A stretch of 42,072 nucleotides of DNA from Callorhinchus milii (taxonomy: Eukaryota). Of the stretch, positions 35,953-42,072 are shown one piece after another (the first letter of the stretch is position 1; every line of letters begins with the position of its first letter). The translations under genes and the position numbers were made by a program. The notes under the pieces were generated by a model. The model was not told where the DNA came from. It did no database searches and saw nothing but the letters and a program-made list of their open reading frames with translations. The stretch lies in the NCBI RefSeq assembly GCF_018977255.1, contig NW_024705472.1, positions 1-42,072 of the forward strand. The letters are read 5' to 3'.

Positions 35953-36465
35953 TTTATTAATTTATTTTCATGAGGGACAAATATAGAAGTCAAACTCCGC
36001 CAATGATTTAAAGTCTTCAACGTTGCCTCATTCGCCGCTTCATTTTTTTTGGCGCCAAAAGTGTAAATACAAAATGGCGTCGGAGACTCCATTTTGTTTC
36101 ATTTCTTTATTTACAATTAACGAGCGTTGACAACATCGTTATGGAAATTCTGAGGTAAATTAATGCGCATATAGCGATCGGAATGCGGATACAACGTTCT
36201 GAATGGTACGAAAATATAAATAGAGGCAGTTATTTGTGTAGATTGTTGAATTTAATGGGTTTTTTAAGTGTTAATGGTTAAAACGTACAAAATGGCTGCC
36301 TTCAGGTTGAGCGTTTGTCGCGAGCCGAGTTGGTTCTGCGTCTTGGTCGAGATGACTGCAGTGGCTGATTCAGAAAGGAGAAGCGTTTTTGTTTTATTAG
36401 TTCACCATTAGTACGGTATTATTTGCCTAATGAATATGATGAGATATGAAGATGTGTTTATTATT
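35953..36465 (-). repeat. ~500-bp repeat, right copy, inverted relative to 22995-23535
   Basis: Reverse complement of 22995-23535 with a ~46-bp deletion near the inner end. Confidence 0.85.
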
Positions 36466-36624
36466 ACACCTAAATATTGTTTCATTTCCGTATTATAGCG
36501 GTTTTGAATAGCAAATGTCGGCTAACATATATATGAGGATATTTTTTAAGTGCATTACGTCTTGTATTGAGTGCTGGTTCAGGAGTGTTGGATTGTGGCA
36601 TGTGGGATGATGTGAACTAAAAAA

Positions 36625-36925
36625 TTTTTTTATTTAACTAGGCAAGGCTCACTGAGAGAAGTCGCTCTTTTTCACATGTGACGTGGTTATCACAAATTAC
36701 AGCTCAACGGAGTGGCTTGTCACGTGGATATTTATAGCGGCAGCCAAATCCTCTGAATGCAAATTGATTCTAAATGTGGAGGAGAAAAACGGAGGACCCG
36801 GAGAAAATCTACGCGACAACGGGGAGAGATACGTGATGACTCAAATATACAGCGGGCGTTAGGATCAGGATCGAACCCACGACCTCCTGTATACCAGGCG
36901 AGGTAGTGAACATCTTGCCACCAAT
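36625..36925 (-). mobile_element. V-SINE-like SINE; further fragments near 9110-9245, 15590-15720, 16180-16270, 16440-16605 and 38850-38925
   Basis: Contains GGATCGAACCC (reverse-complement B box) and the family body. Confidence 0.75.
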
Positions 36926-38343
36926 GCAGTGACGCTTGGCCACTGTTGCAGAGATACGAGGGTTACCCAGAAGTATTTGTTTGCTTTTGTCTAGAGTGCA
37001 CAATTAAATTATAACTTCTATTTAAACTATTTTCACTGGAGATGTTCAGGAGATAAAACGCTCCACTTTGCTGAACCTTGTGCCAGTGTTTGCTGAATCA
37101 TTCCACTTCGAGTTGGCCTCCAAAGATCGCAGGTACATTAAGCTTTAAGCTGGCTGTCAGTCCTCAACGTGAAAAAACCTCCTGTATAACTTGTAGATTG
37201 AATTATTATTTGATGATACTACGTTGACAGTTGTGCACAAGATAACACACTCTAAAAACATTGCTCAAAAACAGCCAGAAAATAGAAAACGCACAACTGG
37301 TGACGTTTCAGGCAATTTCTTGAGAGCATATTCCAAATGGATTTAAGAAAATGCAATTGCTATAACGTCGCGTATTGTGTGTATGAATGCATTTTCTTTA
37401 ATGGTAGTGTTATTTATGAAGTGTTCAGTTGTTTTGAAAAACTATGAAGATTACAATTCTTAAAGCGGAGTGCTTCGTCAGTATAACACACGCACAGCCT
37501 GAAGAGGCTTCACCACCATCTTGATCAGCATCACTCGGTGGAGCCCACCTGAGTGGGGCCTCGTATGTGAATAGCTCCGTCCACAATATAAATACCCAAC
37601 TTTACCAATCTCTCTCAACAGCTTACCCCTTTTTACCCTACCAGCTAAAGCCTTCAGATTTTTTCATTATTCATAAACTTCTCCACAGATTTTCTAACCA
37701 CCCTCTTCTTGCCCTCCAACAATCTACTGTGCTGTATCTGCATAGCACGGGCTGTGGTGATGCGAGCCTGAAATCCAGCACTGGATTCCATTGAGGGAGG
37801 GATCCCCTTTAATCCAGGTGGATCAGTCTCTTCCCCTGGTCACTGAAGTCACCTTAGCCTGGCTTGCCAGCAGATGGCAGTACAGCAAGTGGATTCATCT
37901 CCACCTGCTCCAACGTGTTAGATGTGTCTGGGTACTCGGGTTCCTTTCCGCATGTACAATCACTCATTCACGGAGTTGGACAAACATCGCCATTTAGATT
38001 AGGGCAAGCTACACATTTCGAACTCAACACGGAATGCATGTGTGCGTTCATGCTTTTACAAACACAGACATACAAGGACACATGTACCAGTGCATAGACT
38101 TACAAAGGCAATGATCCCCCATGTAATCTCCATAGACAGGTGAGGCCAATAGTGTAAGCAGGCATCTTTTAAGGCTATGGGGAATGTGAGGCTTCCGCAA
38201 TGCCAGGCCAGGTTTATCTCCCTAGTGTGGATGTTTACACATCGTATTAGGCACACGTTTAAGAGATAATCACCACTGATAGTAACCACAATGTCACCCA
38301 CCCCACAAACCAACCCATACTACAAAGAGACAAGACTAAAAAA

Positions 38344-38664
38344 TGATAATTGTTTTTTTTTACCCTTCTATCTGGCAACAAAACTGACACCTTTTTACAA
38401 GAGTCATGTTTGCATAGACCGCAATACCTGCAGTCATAATACAAAAAAAGACATAAATCTGATAATGTGCACTGTCCTTGAAGTTGATTGGTCCACACCA
38501 ATCAATTGGTCCACACCAATCAACTTCGAGGATAGTGCACATTATCAGAGTTATGTCTGTTGTTTGTATTATGACGGCAGGTATTGCGGTCTATGCAAAC
38601 ATGACTTCTTGTAAAAAGGTGTCAGTTTTGTTGCCAGATAGAAGGGTAAAAAAAACAATTATCA
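38344..38664. mobile_element. Fold-back/MITE-like palindromic element
   Basis: ~145-bp inverted arms (TGATAATTG...CAATTATCA) around a duplicated ATTGGTCCACACCAATCA centre. Confidence 0.75.
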
Positions 38665-39967
38665 GACAAAACTAAGACAAAGGTCCCCGTTATAGTCTTA
38701 ACAGACTGTTGGGGCAAGTGGTAGTGGCGAGCACCTATGATGACCTGCACAACACACCAGGGGTTGGGTGGCCAGAACCACGCCTGGCGGCCTTTGTCTC
38801 CCCAATGATAATGTTTACACACCACAACAGGCCATCATTTGAGGTTGAGTTGACCAAGAGGAGGGCCAGGGCCGGTTCAGAAAAGAGCTATATAGCTCGG
38901 TGGACTTTACCTGGTAATATAAAAATAGTTTCGTTTATGTATTTATGATGCCACGTGTTGACAGCTGATTGTAAAGATGGATCATAAAGGGGCAGCCTCG
39001 GGATGAATGGCATCCAAGAGAAGGACAACCAAGGAGATGGAGCATTGAAATCAGTTCGTGTAGAGCTGCTCGGTGGATTATTACAATGTAAGTGTTGTGA
39101 GAGTTGGCAGCAGATTAAATAGGTCTACATCCAGCAGCAGATTAAGCATGTCCGATGATGAATTTAAACTAAGAGCATACACTCTTATCTTTAATTTATG
39201 AAGTCTACAGACATGAAATGCCTCAATTGTGGCATGATGCCTCAATCTTCTCTTTATTTAAGCGGGGTGACAGAACTGACGTGGGAAATGTCACATGTTA
39301 GACTCGTATTGCATGCGTGTTTATATTCTTCACGAAGATGACTGGATGAGAAAAAATCACTGAATAGGTGCCAACCAACCAGTTGAAATGGTGTATATAG
39401 TTAACTGGTTCACAGTGGGTGTCTACAACGTGTACTGTACTGAAATAAATGGAAGGCTTCGCAATAAGTACTGAACTAGGCTGAGTTGTACGTAAGGGTA
39501 ACAAATAAAATATATTTGGCGATGAAGGGGAAACCCGCAAAGTTAAATATTACACAAGACTGTAAAGGTTCGTCATTTATTGTTTATGTAAAACGCCAAT
39601 GAACTCCACCAACTTCCCCCTTTTTTGTTTGATCAGGGAGGAACTTTGACCTTTGTATCCAGAGTAATTGCTTGGTGGCGACATCACATACAGCAAACCC
39701 TTGCCTATCACGGAGATTACATTCATTAAAAAGATATCGGCAAATCCGTGACAGACAAACTCAACGACAATGGGAACACTCGGGTTTGGTTCATGTTTCG
39801 TAATGCGGGGTGTCGTATTTCATTTCATGGTATACACCTAGACGTTAAATATTAAGTATTTTGAATTTAAACTATGTTTAATCTTTTATCGTGTTTAATA
39901 CATATTGTTTGGTAAATGTACAGAATAAATTTAAATAAAGAATATAGTGTATACAATACTGTACATG

Positions 39968-40435
39968 TGTAGTGACATAGAATTAGCGATGTAGCAGCAT
40001 AGCGCTGGCTGCTGACGGGGAAGGGGATCTACAGCTTACAGCAACCCTTACAGCAGCAGGCCACGTGATAGACCAGAGGGGGATCTAGGGGAAAGGTCAC
40101 AGAAGGGGCACACTGGGAACCCGTGGGTAGGTTCTAGAAAGGGGGTGTGGCCTGGGCGGAGCGAGGCCACACGGGCAGTATAAAGGGGCCCCTGGAGGGG
40201 ACCTCGGGGCTGTCGTTTGGAGTGGATCCCCGTCATGCTGCTGGAGTCTTCACCATTCTTATCGTCGTCGTCTCCATCTTCACCATCTGGGCGTCGCCAG
40301 TCAGGCAGTCTACCAGCTGTCCTGACTGGGAACCATAATCGACTACAGACGGATTTGAGGGAAGCGCTAGCCCGTTGGTATGTGTTACTAAACAGAGTTC
40401 CTTCAACTCTTAGTGTCTCCGATTCAGTCACTACA
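39968..40435 (+). mobile_element. Solo LTR, 468 bp, probably Gypsy-type
   Basis: Ends TGTAGTGAC...GTCACTACA form a 9-bp inverted repeat. 4-bp TSD CATG on both sides. Internal TATAAA near 40180. Confidence 0.8.
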
Positions 40436-42072
40436 CATGTATACAGTACTGTACACTAGAGAAAGAAAAATCATGGGCAGCTGAACCTCCACCGCCTCCT
40501 TGCTGTGGGCTGGGAACACCTCGTGGCCTGAGAGCCGCCATGGGTCTCTGCATATTCTCATGACATGGCTATCACTTAGTCCCCCATTCATTCATTCAAT
40601 TCATCATCATCATCATTTACTGTCATCAATTTGGCTTTCACCAAACTCACGCATAAAAGATTTGCCCATTGCTTCCCCTCATATTGCATTTACCTCATCA
40701 CCATTACATTCATATGTACCGTTGTTAGTTCTGAATAAAGCACATTGGGTAAGGCGCTATTTAAACTACGTTAAGGTAAGATAGAAAGACCTAAGAGCAA
40801 CGTCAATAACAGAGCAGGCAGTTATAAACGACGTGCTGCATGGCGCTACGCTATCAGTATCAAGTAAATATGCAAACTATACTACGAAACACAGTCGCAT
40901 ACAAATCAACAACCAACCCAACTAAGATATGTATGCACATATTTAACCTGATAAGTAACAATATAATAACCATTTAGTCCGATAATAACACGAAGCAAAA
41001 CAATTAAGAAAGGAAAAAACTGACCCATTTTCAGCGGGAGTCTATTTCAACTATTTAAATAATAATGATCAACATATCAAAAGTAGTCAGGGCCAGAATT
41101 GCGAATCCATAGAAATGCCCCATTAAACTGAAATGACCCATTTGGACCAAAACGCCCATTCTTTGAAAGTTTATTATGTCATAAAGGGGTAATTAAAGTG
41201 CAGTCACCTGAACCAGCCCACACGATTTCCAGGTGAACTGTAGCTGCAGAAGCTCTACACAGTCTGAGAGAAGCACGTTGTATATTGGTGTTAAACTCGG
41301 TCGTGAAAATTCTCACGCCATCGGTGAGTTGATTAGATATTTTGGCCAGCTGGCCAGAATTGGACAAAACTCCTATATGAGTCTCTATGTATCGCTGAGT
41401 CTTTATGTCATCATTTCTATTAGTCTCTTTGTTTTATCTTTATGTATCCCTATGAGTCTCTATATATCTCTATGCATCTCACTGAGTCTCTATGTATCTA
41501 TATGAGTCTCTATGTTCTCTCTTTATGTGCCTCTATATGAGTATCTATGTTCGTTAGCTTTTTCAATTTGTTGAGCCAGCTGGCCAGGATTGGGCAATAC
41601 CTAGCCCACTTTTCACCTGGGCAACTGGCGATCAGCAAATACTAAATGTTTCTCACTGAACATTAAAATTAACAATAAAACATGAAAAAAATCACAGTTA
41701 AGAGACAAACAACATTACATATACACTATTCAAAAGTAGAATGAAAACAACATGATTGGTCAAATGTTTGATAATTTCATTGACCACGTGTCAATATAAT
41801 TTTTGCAAACGTGGCAATCTTGCGAGGTAGTGGAGATGTTGGATGAGGCGTGGGCGTTATGAGATCCTCTTGGCTCGCATTGTGAACTTTTCGAGGAAGA
41901 TTTTGTTTGGATTTCACGCACCGTGGCCACACTTATGCCAATTAATAAGCTGACCAAATACATCCAGGCCACGTGTTTAGTGCAGTGCAGGTCAGGTTTA
42001 GAGTCCAACTCAGGTGTAAAGTCCACGGCATCCTTTATCTAACGTTAACAACTTGCAGGGGTACAAACTTCT

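Noticed and set aside
37295..37520. Additional hammerhead half-motifs (reverse-complement GAAACGTC near 37302; CTGAAGA near 37499)
   Set aside because: Each lacks the partner core segment and a closing stem II.

Overview
This is eukaryotic, vertebrate-type DNA, probably lamprey (inferred from very GC-rich codons, V-SINE-type SINEs and Penelope-type hammerhead repeats; not proven). The window holds a local cluster of three near-identical TRIM genes of the TRIM25/finTRIM-like type (RING, B-box1, B-box2, coiled coil, PRY/SPRY). Copy A (+) shows only its last intron and PRY/SPRY exon (4226-4768). Copy B (+, 10632-19908) has six exons and several 1-nt deletions, so it is a pseudogene or an assembly error. 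Copy C (-, 33946-26479) has six exons and an intact 521-aa ORF, inverted tail-to-tail with B. The rest is four satellite families, V-SINEs, a Tigger/pogo-like element, a solo LTR, a fold-back element and short Penelope-like elements carrying minimal hammerhead ribozymes. Four signals stand out. (1) The last intron of every TRIM copy ends in a 30-bp satellite whose monomer contains GTATGT, TACTAAC and TAG, and this satellite supplies the real 3' splice site. (2) The hammerhead motifs have covarying stem II. (3) The paralogues are mosaic: near-identical RING and coiled coil, a ~35%-identical exon 5, and hypervariable PRY/SPRY loops. (4) The inverted copy is bracketed by ~500-bp inverted repeats.
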